From the NCBI GenBank assembly GCA_034780895.1, contig JAUZTB010000063.1, positions 15,686,504 to 15,750,503 of the forward strand: DNA of 64,000 nt. Reading direction: 5' to 3'. This DNA is from Rhynchobatus australiae (taxonomy: Eukaryota). The translations under genes and the position numbers were made by a program. This document shows, piece by piece, positions 11,690 through 22,990 of the stretch; the first letter of the stretch is position 1; every line of letters starts with the position of its first letter. The notes under the pieces are model-generated. The model was not told the DNA's origin. It saw only the letters and a list, made by a program, of their open reading frames with translations, and ran no database searches.

Positions 11690-12350
11690 ATCAAGAACAC
11701 AAGAAAATAGGAGTAGGCCACCAGGCCCCTTAAGCCTGCTCCACCATTTATTTAATCCACCATGGCTGATCTATGCTGGCCTCAACTTCTCTTCTGCCAG
11801 TTCCTCATAACCCCCAATTCCTTGATCTTTCAAATCTTTATCTACATCTTAAATATAGCTAATAATCTGCCCTCCACCACCCTTAGGGGCAGAGCATTCC
11901 AGAGAATCATTGTCCTCCTGAAAGAAGAAATTTCCATGCACTTCAGTTTTGAATGACCAGTCCCTATATCCCCCAGTTTGTGATTCTCTCACCCAACATC
12001 TACCACATCAAGTTCCCTAAGGATCTTATATGTTTGAACAGGATTATTCCTCATTCTTCAAACTGCAAGGAACACAAACTCAAACTGTATTGCCTCGCTT
12101 GACAGGACAGCCCCCTCATTTCAGGGATTAGCTTGTTGAATCTCCTTAGTACTGCCTCCAATGCTACTAGATTTTTTTTAAAAAGGTAAGACAACCAAAA
12201 CTCTGCAGAGTATTCCGGGTGTGGGTTCACCAAACAAAACCTCCCTATTCTTAAATTCCAATCCCTTCACTATAAAGGTCAACATACCATTTATCTTAAC
12301 TACTTGTTGGATCTGCCTGCTAATTTTTTTTGTGATTCATACATTAGACC
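11690..12350 (-). mobile_element. CR1-like LINE 3' fragment
   Basis: The minus ORF 12051-12233 reads PHPEYSAEFWLSY...ALEAVLRRFNKLIPEMRGLS, the CR1 RT C-terminus. The 3' tail reads gaacacaagaaaataggagtaggcca on +. Confidence 0.8.
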
Positions 12351-12851
12351 ACATGAATCCATCTCAACTTTATTCTTTCTCCAAAGACGTAGTTTAGGGC
12401 AGAAAATGGCATTGAGGTAGATCAGCTAGGGTCTCAATGATTATCAAACCAGGCTTGAGGAACCAAATGGCTGAATCTTACTCATTTTTCTAATATTCTA
12501 AGACAGCCCCCTGAGAAAATAGTGATAAAGGAAATAGAAGATGTACTGTTTAGGAATGTTTGAAGACTTTTTATGATACAATTGAGGTAGATCCTTGGCA
12601 GTTGTCAAAATAGGATCAATAAGAAGATATTGGCACTGAAGAGGAAGTGGTAAATGTATTTCAATGCCAGAAATTGTGAGTAGATTAGATGTAGCAATAA
12701 ACAACAGCAGAATTATACAGAGAATATAATGCAAAAAAAGGTAAAAGTAAACACACGATAAATAACGGAATGCAATAACTGCTAACGGGATTAGCGAAAG
12801 TGTAGGCGTGTGTCAGGATGGGGGAATGAGCGGGGCTAATGGAGTGGTTAC

Positions 12852-12955
12852 ATCTTTATTAGCCACATGTACATTGAGACACACAGTCCCTTACAGACAG
12901 CGGCCGGAATTGAATCCGGTTCACCGGCGCTGTAACAGCGCTACGCTAACCGCTA
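12852..12955 (-). mobile_element. Internally deleted copy of the SINE at 3572-3865
   Basis: The tail (atctttattagccacatgtacattgagacacacagt) is joined directly to the head (cttacagacagcggccggaattgaatccgg...gctaaccgcta). About 170 nt of core are missing. Confidence 0.8.
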
Positions 12956-13039
12956 TAAAAGTTGGGATCAACTCTGCTGCTCTTATATTCCAACCCACTA
13001 TACGTGCAGCTTTAAAACAAGAACAATTCGTTTACTCTG

Positions 13040-13438
13040 TCCGATTGCCTCCTCCACACACGGAGCACAAACGCCGCCACTGGGACCTCAGGCACACCAG
13101 GGCCCGAACCGACAACCGCCCCCTCCCAGTCTGGTCCGGTCCGGTCCGGAGGGCCGACGTCACCGCGTCCGATCCGGCCGCTGAAGCCCGCGTCGCCAGT
13201 GAGGACCAGACAGCGGGGCGCGCGACGTGGCGGTTTGGAGCCAATGATAGCTCACACGCCAGCGGACCAATGAGGAGCGGCGAATATGACGCTCAAGATG
13301 AGGCGGGAATTCTGGAGGCCGCCGGTGATTGGTTGCAACAGGGGAGCTATTTCCGTCTGAATGCAGGAGTGGGCTACTTCCGGTGGACCCTACTGGAGAG
13401 AGAGAGAGAGTGGGGAAGCAACCTAACAAGTGGAAGAG
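13040..13438 (+). promoter_or_regulatory. CALU: CALU CpG-island promoter and probable non-coding exon 1
   Basis: Dense CpG. CCAAT boxes at 13241, 13267 and (reverse) 13328. CRE-like GACGTCA at 13156, CGACGTGG at 13223, ETS ACTTCCGG at 13376. Donor-like GAG|gttggt at 13438/13439 with an abrupt switch to AT-rich sequence. Confidence 0.75.
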
Positions 13439-14999
13439 GTTGGTAGTGATAATTTTTAACGTGATGGTAGTTATTGCTTTATTATTTCTGAATTAGTATT
13501 GATGTTGCATTCAAGAAAGTGGAGGAGGGGTTAGGTCTTAACTAATTTAGGTTAAATATTCTTTCATAATGGGTGACTTTTGGGGGAAAAAGCTGTTTAA
13601 TTTGCATAGAGGTAATTTGTTTTTGAATAATTAAATATTGTTGTATCCGCCCAATTTATTTCAAATATTTTAGGCTATTAGACTATCTTCCATGAAGCCA
13701 TTGAACATCCATTGTCTATTGTATGTATTCACTTTTGATCCTCTTCGTTTCAGGTGAAATAGAACCTGCATTCAGGCAAATTGGGTAGGGTATTGTTTAT
13801 TTTTATTATAAATTTGGGTTTGTACGAAAGAATTTGCTCTTGTCTTATTTTTCCACTATCTTGGGGAGACCTTAATACTTTGATTTTTATTTTAATGTTC
13901 TATTAACCTTAAGGTGGGTAGAGGCAACAGCTAATTTGTCTACAGCTAAAATTCAACAACCAAAAATAACCTAAATGATCTAGTTCATTGATATGGAGGA
14001 ATAAATGTTGGTAAACTTACTGAGAGATCACATCTTGCGATTCTTTATTATGTATGCCTTGAAGCAAATGAAATCGTGGTTTAGCATCTTGTTGAAGATA
14101 TGATGTAACATTGTCTCAACTGAGCTGAGGTGCATGCCTAGGTTATGTGCTAATGTCTTTGGAATGGGTCTAGAATCTACAACCTTCTGCAGAGTCAAGA
14201 CTCCCAAGATTGCAAGTTTAGGTCTCAAACACCAAACTGAATGTAATCCAAAGGGATACTGTCAATATAGCTTTAAGAAACGCATTTGAATTTCCCTGTT
14301 AAACTTGCAACAGTATTTGTTCCATGCTATGTCAAAAGCAGTGATTCTCCTGGCTTTAAATTTTTGCTTCCTGAATAATTTCTTGTATTATTGAAATATA
14401 ACATTAATAATGTAGTTATTGCATGTGCAGATTTACTTTGGAGCTGTGACCAAGTCATTTGTAGATTGCATAAGGTGATTTAGTGAATACAGATAATGAA
14501 GGGCATTCCTAAATGATGATTTTGCTTATGATGATTCAGAATTAATTGTTTTTGGTTAAGTAGTCATGTGCTACAGTCACCCCTACTTTCTGTAAGAGAT
14601 TGAGAATAAATTTTAATCTGTTTTAAGTGTTTTATACAATCTTTTGTAAAGATTTTTATACAATCAATTGAAAAGATTTGTTGTCTGTATGATATTAAGT
14701 CAGGCAGACCAACTAAGTTCCAGGCTTTAACCAGTGCTGATCTCTGAAAAGTTGTAGTAATTGGTTGGGGAAGGAAATAGCTTGGATTAATGTGAAATGT
14801 GCATTTGTGTCGTACTTGTGCAATGCCATGCTTAGTTGTGATAATTGATAATGACATGTGCATTTAACCTGATCAGGGTTCATTTCATGATGAAAGAATC
14901 ACATTTAGGTATTGCGTTTTCATCCCTTCAGGAATATGGGAGTGGTGAAAGAGAAGTTTAAGAAGATGAGTTCACTTCTCTTGCCTTTAAAGGCAAGAG

Positions 15000-15364
15000 A
15001 ACTTTCCTTTTCCTTTTTATTCGTTTTCAAATCAATACAGATTAGTATATAGCATCAATGTTCATACATGTATTACAAAGAGGTCTTAGATAATCATACA
15101 ATAAAATATAAAAAAAACAATTTGTAGGTCCAATGATCTCTTAGTTAATGAATAGAGTATAAAAGAAAGGAAAGAAAAAGATTTATTNNNNNNNNNNNNN
15201 NNNNNNNNNNNNNNNNNNNNNNNNNNNNNNNNNNNNNNNNNNNNNNNNNNNNNNNNNNNNNNNNNNNNNNNNNNNNNNNNNNNNNNNTCTTCAAATTTAA
15301 GCGAAGGATCAACAGTACCACTCCTAATTTTTTCCAAGTTTAAACATGATATAGTTTGAGAGAA
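15000..15364 (-). mobile_element. L1-like LINE 3' fragment spanning a gap
   Basis: The minus strand encodes SQTISCLNLEKIRSGTVDPSLKFE, resembling the fish L1 ORF2 C-terminus LxLEKIR...KF, followed by an A-rich tail. Confidence 0.45.
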
Positions 15365-17449
15365 GTTAATCTCTCAATGTACACAATTGTCCCTCTTTGA
15401 CAGACTTTTTTTATGCGGAGGTGTAGGGCTCCTCCTGAGATGTCATTTGTGTATACCTTCAAATATATGCTTGAAGTGGCATCTTGAAAATGAAGTGCAG
15501 GATTTTGGACCTTGCTCTTTGATTTATCATCGTTTAACTCTCTAACATTAATGGGTAGTTATGACCGATTTGTACTTTGGTAACACTTGTTAAGAGTTGC
15601 GTAAGCTTCCTTGCTGCTTATTTCTCCATAGTCACAAAAGATGGGATCTAGATGCGTGCCCCTGTTAGAAACTCCTGAAGTGTAGATGTGCTCTTTTGTT
15701 TTAGTTGACTACATTACAGAATTATAAAGAAAGATTGCTGTTAATAATACAAAAGTTCAAAGATTAAAAAATACAGCTTCTGTTATTTCCCTATTTCTGG
15801 TAAAATAATGATGGAAATTTAACCACAAACAATGAAACACAGCATTGTGATTTTAAAACTTGATTTGGAAAGCATTGAGCTGTATGATAGTGGAATGAAA
15901 ATAATAACTTTGGAAATTTGAGGATAAACGTGGAGGATAACCTTTAAATGGGAAATATAAGCCATTTATTATAAGTCTAATAACTGTATTAGGAATTAAA
16001 CATTGCACTTTCATCATAGAATAGTTTTGGGTATTTATTTTTCATTGGTGATTATTCAATAAACTTAAGCTAATGCTGTAATGAAGTGATGTTTGGGGGA
16101 AAAATTGGTAGCTCGAGAGACTAATTGCATTTGTACTTTGCCTGATTAAAGCTATAGAGACTGCAGATATGTTAATCATGCCCTTTGATATAAGATTCTT
16201 CCTCAGGAGAGGTAAGATGGGTATAGAGCTGTCTTTTGGACAGTTCATTTCTGAGCAGATTTAATTTTGTGTAAGCTGATAAGTGCAAGTCAACAAAGCC
16301 AGTGGTATGTTTGTGAGTTAGTTATGTTTGCTAGAGATATTTCAAGGTGTTAAGAGCAACATGCATCACTTGATTTAGAGAGGGCAATGGAGTAAACAAA
16401 TATTGGACATCTCATCCTGAGGAGTAATATGAATGTAACACTGAAAATGAAGTGTCTGTACAAGAACTATATGCAAGTGGCAGGGATCCAGGAAATTTAG
16501 ATGCTGCAAACTGAGGAAATAGTTTCTTCATGGTAGAAATGGGGATCTGTATGAGGCTGAGAGAATGTGAGTTAACAAAAAAATGAAATAGTTTGGTAAT
16601 GAACAGAAGAATCTTCTGTACAAAGAATAACTGTTTTAGTAACTGTAGTAATTTGGATTAAATTTGTCTGGAAAGATTTGAAGATCATGGCTATTAATGT
16701 GCCTGTATTTGGCAGTAATGTTCACCGTTATTGTTATGAGTTCCTGGCAATGTTGAGCGCAGTTAAGTACATCTTTTGCTACATCTTTGCTGAGGAATTA
16801 TTACAAGTGAAGGTTTCTTTTTGGCATGTGACAATTTGAATATTGGCTCCTGCAATGGTCAAGTTGAGAAACCTGTTGGTCAGTACTTTTACTGCAACTT
16901 TCATCACTTAATGAGGAACTGGGGGAGAACAGTGGAAGGAAATCTGTATGGTCTGATTGTGTCACCACTTATTAAAGCTTAATTTTATTTCCTGTAACTG
17001 TAATACTGAATTTTACAGATAGATCACTATGGTTAGTGATTTTTTTAAAACCAAGGCAATTGGGAAATTTGGAATGCATCCCTCCAAGATCAGCAAGAAA
17101 TTATTTGGAGCCTTTTGTGTCCCAAAGCTTTACATTCATTTGAATATAGAAGACCCTTGCCCAGCCCACCTGCCCAAATTCCTTAATCTGTACTGCGTGA
17201 TCTTTTAAAAACCAGAGCAGATAGACCTCTTCTAAAAGATAGCACAATTAATTTTGCACCTGCACTGTTGGCTGAGTTTTGATACAAAACCTCTTTGCCC
17301 CCTGCAGTCACTCATCATTTGAAACTCATTGTCCACAGGATTTGGTGCCACTGGTAACGTACCACAAAACTTAAGCATCTAGGTGATCATCTTCATTAAT
17401 GAATACAGAACAGTGAGTGTTTGCAATTGAGGGTATTGCAATTACTTTC

Positions 17450-18000
17450 ATAGAACATGCAATAGTACAGCACAAGAAAAGGCCCTGTGGTCCATGGTGC
17501 CAGTTTAAACTGCACATCTGCCTACCCATGGTCTGTATCCTTCAATTTCCTGCCTGTTCATGTTTGTTTAAATGTCCCTTAAACGTTGCTATGATATCTG
17601 CTTCCTCCACTTTTCCTGGCAGTGCATTCCAAGCACCTACCACACTCTGTGGTTTTTATATATATAATTTAAAAAAAAGTCGCATAAATCCCCTTGAAGC
17701 ATTCCCCCTCTCGCCTTAAAGCTATGCCCTCTAGTGTTTGACACTTCCACCCTGGGGAAAAGACTGACTATCTATCCTGTCCATGTCTCTCATAATTTCA
17801 TATGCGTCTCTCAGGCTGCCCCTCAGCCCCTGACACTCCAGAGAAAACATTCCAAGTTTGTCCAACCTCTTATTATTGCTAATCCAGGCAACATCCTGGT
17901 GTAGCCTCTTCTGCACCTGTTCCAAAGCCTTCACATCCTTCCTGTAATGTCACAACCAGAAGTGCACACAATACTCCAAATTTGACCTCAACAAAGTCAG
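17450..18000 (-). mobile_element. CR1-like LINE 3' fragment
   Basis: Minus ORF 17731-17934 reads KALEQVQKR...RLDKLGMFSLECQGLRGSL...YEIMRDMDRID; the tail reads catagaacat...gtacagcacaaga on +. Confidence 0.8.
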
Positions 18001-18274
18001 AATTGTTTCTGGAACTCCAGACTTTGTATGCTCCTAGCTTGCTAGAAGACCACTAATTGGTCTGGCATGTCTGTCCACATTACTGGTAAATGAATAAGCA
18101 TAGAGAAGGGATGTAGAATAGCAAGACAAAAGGCAGCTGAACTAAGCTTGATATTTGGTTCTGTATTCCAAACAATAATAAAATATCTTGTACAGTTGTA
18201 CATACTATTCTCAATACTTTATCTTCCCAAAACTAATTTTATGTTTCCTTTGTCCATTCAGAAAGACTACAGGC

Positions 18275-18498
18275 ATGATGGGTTTGACAAAGCTGGTTTT
18301 GTATCTAACCATGTGCGGTATTTATGCTCTGAGTAAACCCACTGAGAAGAAGGATCGAACCTTCCATGATAAGGAGCTGAGTGACAAGGTGCACGATGAC
18401 ACAGAGAACTTCGATTATGACCATGATGCTTTCCTTGGAGCTGAAGAGGCAAAGACGTTTGACCAGCTCACTCCTGAGGAGAGCAAAGAGAGGCTTGG
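18275..18498 (+). CDS. CALU: Calumenin first coding exon (signal peptide plus N-terminal region)
   Basis: Acceptor ttcag| at 18261, ATG at 18275. Encodes [28 protein letters not shown]...[30 protein letters not shown]. Donor GG|gtgtgt (phase 2). Confidence 0.97.
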
Positions 18499-21349
18499 GT
18501 GTGTAAGAATCTGTCAAAAAATGCTCAGCTATAATGCTTTGTTTTAGAAATGATGGAGCTTGATGTGTGTTCGATGCTACTGTGTTGTCAAATTTTTACA
18601 TCATTTGAAAGGGTACAAGATTTGAAACCTTAAATGCTGATAATGAATTAGTATCTGCATCGCTGAACATCTGGGGATCCTGGACACTAATTCCATTCTA
18701 TAAAACTAGTAAAGCAATATTTTTTTTTCCCCCCTTTATGGAATTATCTACCACAACATTAAGGAATGGTAAATCCTTAAATGATGATATCAAGTGCTTA
18801 TTCATTCCTGCCAAAATTGTTAACTCCTGACATTTGGGCATTATATACCAGAGGGGTTTGGGTCTTCAAATTAGATGGTTACAAGTATTTATAAAAGTTG
18901 TACTGGATCTTAACCGTTGCACTGCTTATTTTGAATACCAATTTCTTTCTGCAGAAAAGATGACAATTGGAGGTTTAATTTCTGGTGATTTTGATTGTTG
19001 ATACTGCTGTTATTTGAAATGTTTGTCTCCCTAAGCCACATTTGGATAACAGTGGGTATGTGCTGTACCTCTCTGGGCTGGTCAGCACTTCTGTCAGAAT
19101 CAGGCTTTCTTTTCCTGAGATGTTATCTATTGGAAATTTGATCAAGATGCAAAATGTGCTGAATCATAATGGGGGATTTGACAGCTTTAAGGAATTATAG
19201 TAAATGGTTTAATATTATAAAAAGAATGTGTAGGTAGAAGGAACCCTATAAGTTCAAAGGAGATGAGCGGGGCAAGTTTTTTTATATATGTTCTTTGTAA
19301 CCATTTTCTAATGATTCGATCAGGTGCAGAATGATGCTCTCTTTGTAATTTCTTCCTCCCAACAGGAAGCTGCAACCTGGAGGTTAAGAACTAACATACT
19401 TCAGTTGTAATGTCTTTACTAAAGAATGGAGATTATTTGCACTTGATTCTGTAATTCTGTTGAATGTCTCCACTTTTCATGGTGCTTTATTGTCCTAGAG
19501 ATTGACTTCTTTCCCACCCATCTTTTTCTCCTAACTAAATTGTCTACTGGATAAGACACATAGTGTACTTCCTTCAGTTGCATCCTCTATTTACTAATCT
19601 TGCTAATCCTGCTGTGTTGGCTAAAGTTGTATTGCAGCCAGGCTCTTCCTTTAGTTTTGAAAGTGAATTTAAATTATCCATTGTATAGAGAAGCTACTCA
19701 GTTATTGAGAGCACACATTCAAAATATTTTAATACATGCAAATTGAGTGTTTGTGATTGGTGTAATTTATTTTCTGGAGAGTTTGGAAGTAAATCTAATA
19801 TACATGTTAATTCAGTGGATCGCTTTCCAATCTCAATGTGTATTAGAATCCCTAGGACATGCTCATTAATGTGTTTTTGTTTGCTGGCATGCTAAAGCTC
19901 TGAGTTGGTTTTATTTACTTCCTTGCAGAGCATAGCATGGTTCTAAAATTTTTGACTGTTATAACAGTTTTGGCCAAGTTGTCATTTAATTTGTCCAAAA
20001 AAGCCTTTTGAGTTTCCAGCATTTTATAGCTTCCCTAACCCTTGGGGCATAGTCTCAAATACTCTCACTAATGNNNNNNNNNNNNNNNNNNNNNNNNNNN
20101 NNNNNNNNNNNNNNNNNNNNNNNNNNNNNNNNNNNNNNNNNNNNNNNNNNNNNNNNNNNNNNNNNNNNNNNNNCTCAAATACTCTCACTAATGTCCACAT
20201 GTGGCTTTTGTACCCTAATCCTAAGGCATATTTTCCTCAGTTTAGTCAAGTTTTATTTTAGTTTGTGTAATGAATTGACCTATATGATCAGTTTGTAAGA
20301 CAAGCTTTTCACTGTACCTCGGTACAAGTGACAATAATAAACCAATAAACATATGCTCATTTGGTGCAGATTAAAACAGTTCCAACTCTTGCTATTTGGT
20401 GATCAGATTCTCTTCAACAGAATAACTGGATTTAAACTCTCTGATTCAATGTATGAAAGAATAACATAGCACATTAGGTAGCCCTGAGGTTCCCTGATTT
20501 CAACAGACTATAAAGATTTAGTTGGCTTCTGGTGTGCACACTTAACTGGTGCCAAGTTGAGGAGCTAGGGCATCTAGGTTGTCTCTGCTGTGGAGATCAG
20601 TTCCTATGCAGTTCATCTGGTGTTTTGGATAAGATTTGGATTGTACATATTTTGTGCAATCCATCTTTCCCCACACTGTGCCTAAGTGGTCAGACTTGCG
20701 AAGAATGTCTGCTTCATGGGAAATCTTCAAATGTAGGATTGAGCTAATTTTTGGGATGCAGTGGTTGGTAAGGAGAGAGCATGTTGAGGATTGATTTGTA
20801 AACTTAATGCCCTGAAATGGTACTAACAACCTTTGCATTTGAAGCTATTATTTTCCCTTTGATGCCATTTGTTTCCTTGATGCCCACTTACTTAGAAAAA
20901 CTAACTACTTTCATCAAAGGCACTTTTACATTTGTACCCGTGCTCAAAAGAGCAGAAANNNNNNNNNNNNNNNNNNNNNNNNNNNNNNNNNNNNNNNNNN
21001 NNNNNNNNNNNNNNNNNNNNNNNNNNNNNNNNNNNNNNNNNNNNNNNNNNNNNNNNNNAGGAAAGGACATAAGAGCAGAAATGCAGAAAAATGTTAGCAT
21101 TCTAAGTATAAAACAGTTGGTCCACTAGATGTGCAATACTATGATGTGTACTTTAAATTCATATCTGCATTTGCTATTTACTGTTTACCCATTAATTGAG
21201 GTCTCTAAGAACAGGGTAAATGAAAGAGAGTGGCAAACAAATCCGCTATATGTTTCTAGGATTCCCTGGACCCTATGTAAAAGTGCCTCTCGATCAGCTT
21301 CTCCAAGCTTCTATCCTAACTTTCCCGGGTTTTCTGACTCTCCCAACAG

Positions 21350-21543
21350 AAAAATTGTAGATAAAATCGATGGAGACAAGGATGGGTTTGTTACAGAGGA
21401 GGAACTTAAGAATTGGATTAAACTTTCTCAAAAGCGTTGGATTTACGAGGATGCCGACCGTCAGTTGAAGGGTCATGATCTAGACGACGATGGTCTCGTG
21501 AGCTGGGAAGAGTACAAAAATGCGACCTATGGGTCCCTGTTGG
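21350..21543 (+). CDS. CALU: Calumenin mutually exclusive exon 3a (calumenin-1 type; EF-hands 1-2)
   Basis: caacag|A AAA ATT GTA...TTG G|gtaggt, 194 nt. Encodes [34 protein letters not shown]...[19 protein letters not shown]. Confidence 0.95.
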
Positions 21544-21621
21544 GTAGGTTAATTTTGAAAACCCTTCAAGGTCCAGAGTCTGACCCTGCCATCTACACAT
21601 TTTTTGTCTCTCTATTTATAG

Positions 21622-21815
21622 AATGATAGTAGATAAAATAGATGAGGATAAGGACGGATTTGTGACGGAGGCAGAGCTGAAGGCTTGGATAAAGCGGGCT
21701 CAGAAGAGGTACATCTTCGAGAATGTTGGGCGCCAGTGGCCAGATTTCGACAGTAACCAGGATGGGCTTGTTTCCTGGGAGGAGTACAGAAATGTAACAT
21801 ACGGCTACTACATGG
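21622..21815 (+). CDS. CALU: Calumenin mutually exclusive exon 3b (calumenin-2 type; EF-hands 1-2)
   Basis: tttatag|A ATG ATA GTA...ATG G|gtaagg, 194 nt with the same phases as 3a. Encodes [34 protein letters not shown]...[19 protein letters not shown]. Confidence 0.95.
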
Positions 21816-22439
21816 GTAAGGAGCAGCAGGCAGGACAATGAGCAGCATGCAAATGATTGCGGGACGAGGATCGATGGCTGTAAAACGGATGGTGGAATTC
21901 TGGTGATTCAGTAAGAATTCCTTTGCTCTTGGCATATTGGAGACTTCAGCTTCACTAATTTACCCTCATGGAAGTGGGTAGTTTGGCAGTAAAAGTTAAT
22001 GTCCATCAAAAATTATGGTTATACTTGCAATCTGTACTGCTCTTTAAACCTGCAACTTTACCCTTGGGGGTTTCTTCTTTTATCTTTGTTCACTCCTCTA
22101 CCTAAACCAAGTGGCTATTGTACTTGTACAAAAGTTCTTTGATTCAGTTGGTTACTTGACTATGGGCATAGGAATGAGTAGGTTGTTGATCCTGTTCCAC
22201 CATCCATTTAGATCATGGCTGATCCATACCTTGCTTCCATTTACTAACCATTGGACCATGTACTGAATATCCTTCTCAGACATGAGGTTGCAGTATTCAT
22301 AAGCTTTTGGAAGGAATGAGTTTCAGATTGGTAGTGAGGGAGAGAGTCCATGCCTGACCTGTAATTTTTAGGGCTGTTTGATGTTATTCTCCTCTAATGG
22401 CTAAATAAACTATAAGATGAATATTTGTAGATATCTGTA

Positions 22440-22990
22440 TGTAAATCTTGGGGTACAGGACACAATTTGCAAATGCCACTCAACTTAAAGGTGTAATGAA
22501 CTATGAGGAGGCTATTCACAGACTTCAAGGAGAATGGGTGGCTAGATGACAGATGACATTCTAAAGCTAAGAAATGTCATTCTTCCTACCAAGATGTAAC
22601 ATATATTGCATGACAGTATAAACTGGCAAACAATTCTAAAAGAGATGCAGAAGCAGGAAGATCTTGGGGTAGGTGTGCACAGTTTGTTGAAAGTGGCAGA
22701 TAAAGAAACAATTCCTATTCATAGAGAGGTCAAGAACTCGGGGACATAGAATGAAGATGATTGGCAAAAGAATTAAGTGATGAGAGGAAACATTTTTACG
22801 TAGCAAATGGTTAGGTTCCAGAATGCACTTCCAAGATTAGCTCCAAAGGTAGATTCAATAGCAGCATTCAAAAGAGTGCTGGATAAATAGCTGAAAGGAG
22901 GAAAGTTTCAAAGTTAGGAAGAGACCTGACTAGCTACATAAAGCAAGTATGGTCTTGACAGGGTAAATGGCATCCTTCCCTGTGGTAACC
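22440..22990 (+). mobile_element. Degraded CR1-like LINE fragment
   Basis: cagacttcaagg...tggctagatgacagatgacatt...gaagcaggaagatcttgggg...gcattcaaaagagtgctggataa, resembling 1270-2060. Confidence 0.6.

Noticed and set aside
12808-13446. 212-aa ORF upstream of CALU
   Set aside because: It starts at GTG and runs through a SINE remnant and the GC-rich promoter. It has no recognisable homology and is expected from low stop density in a CpG island.
20053-20193. Direct repeats flanking N gaps (also at 35234-35385, 62068-62148 and 20948-21080)
   Set aside because: Identical sequence on both sides of placeholder gaps is typical of unmerged contig overlaps, not biology.
21350-21815. Duplicated CALU exon as an assembly artefact or pseudo-exon
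   Set aside because: The two copies are well diverged, both have intact splice sites and frames, and each matches a distinct known isoform type.
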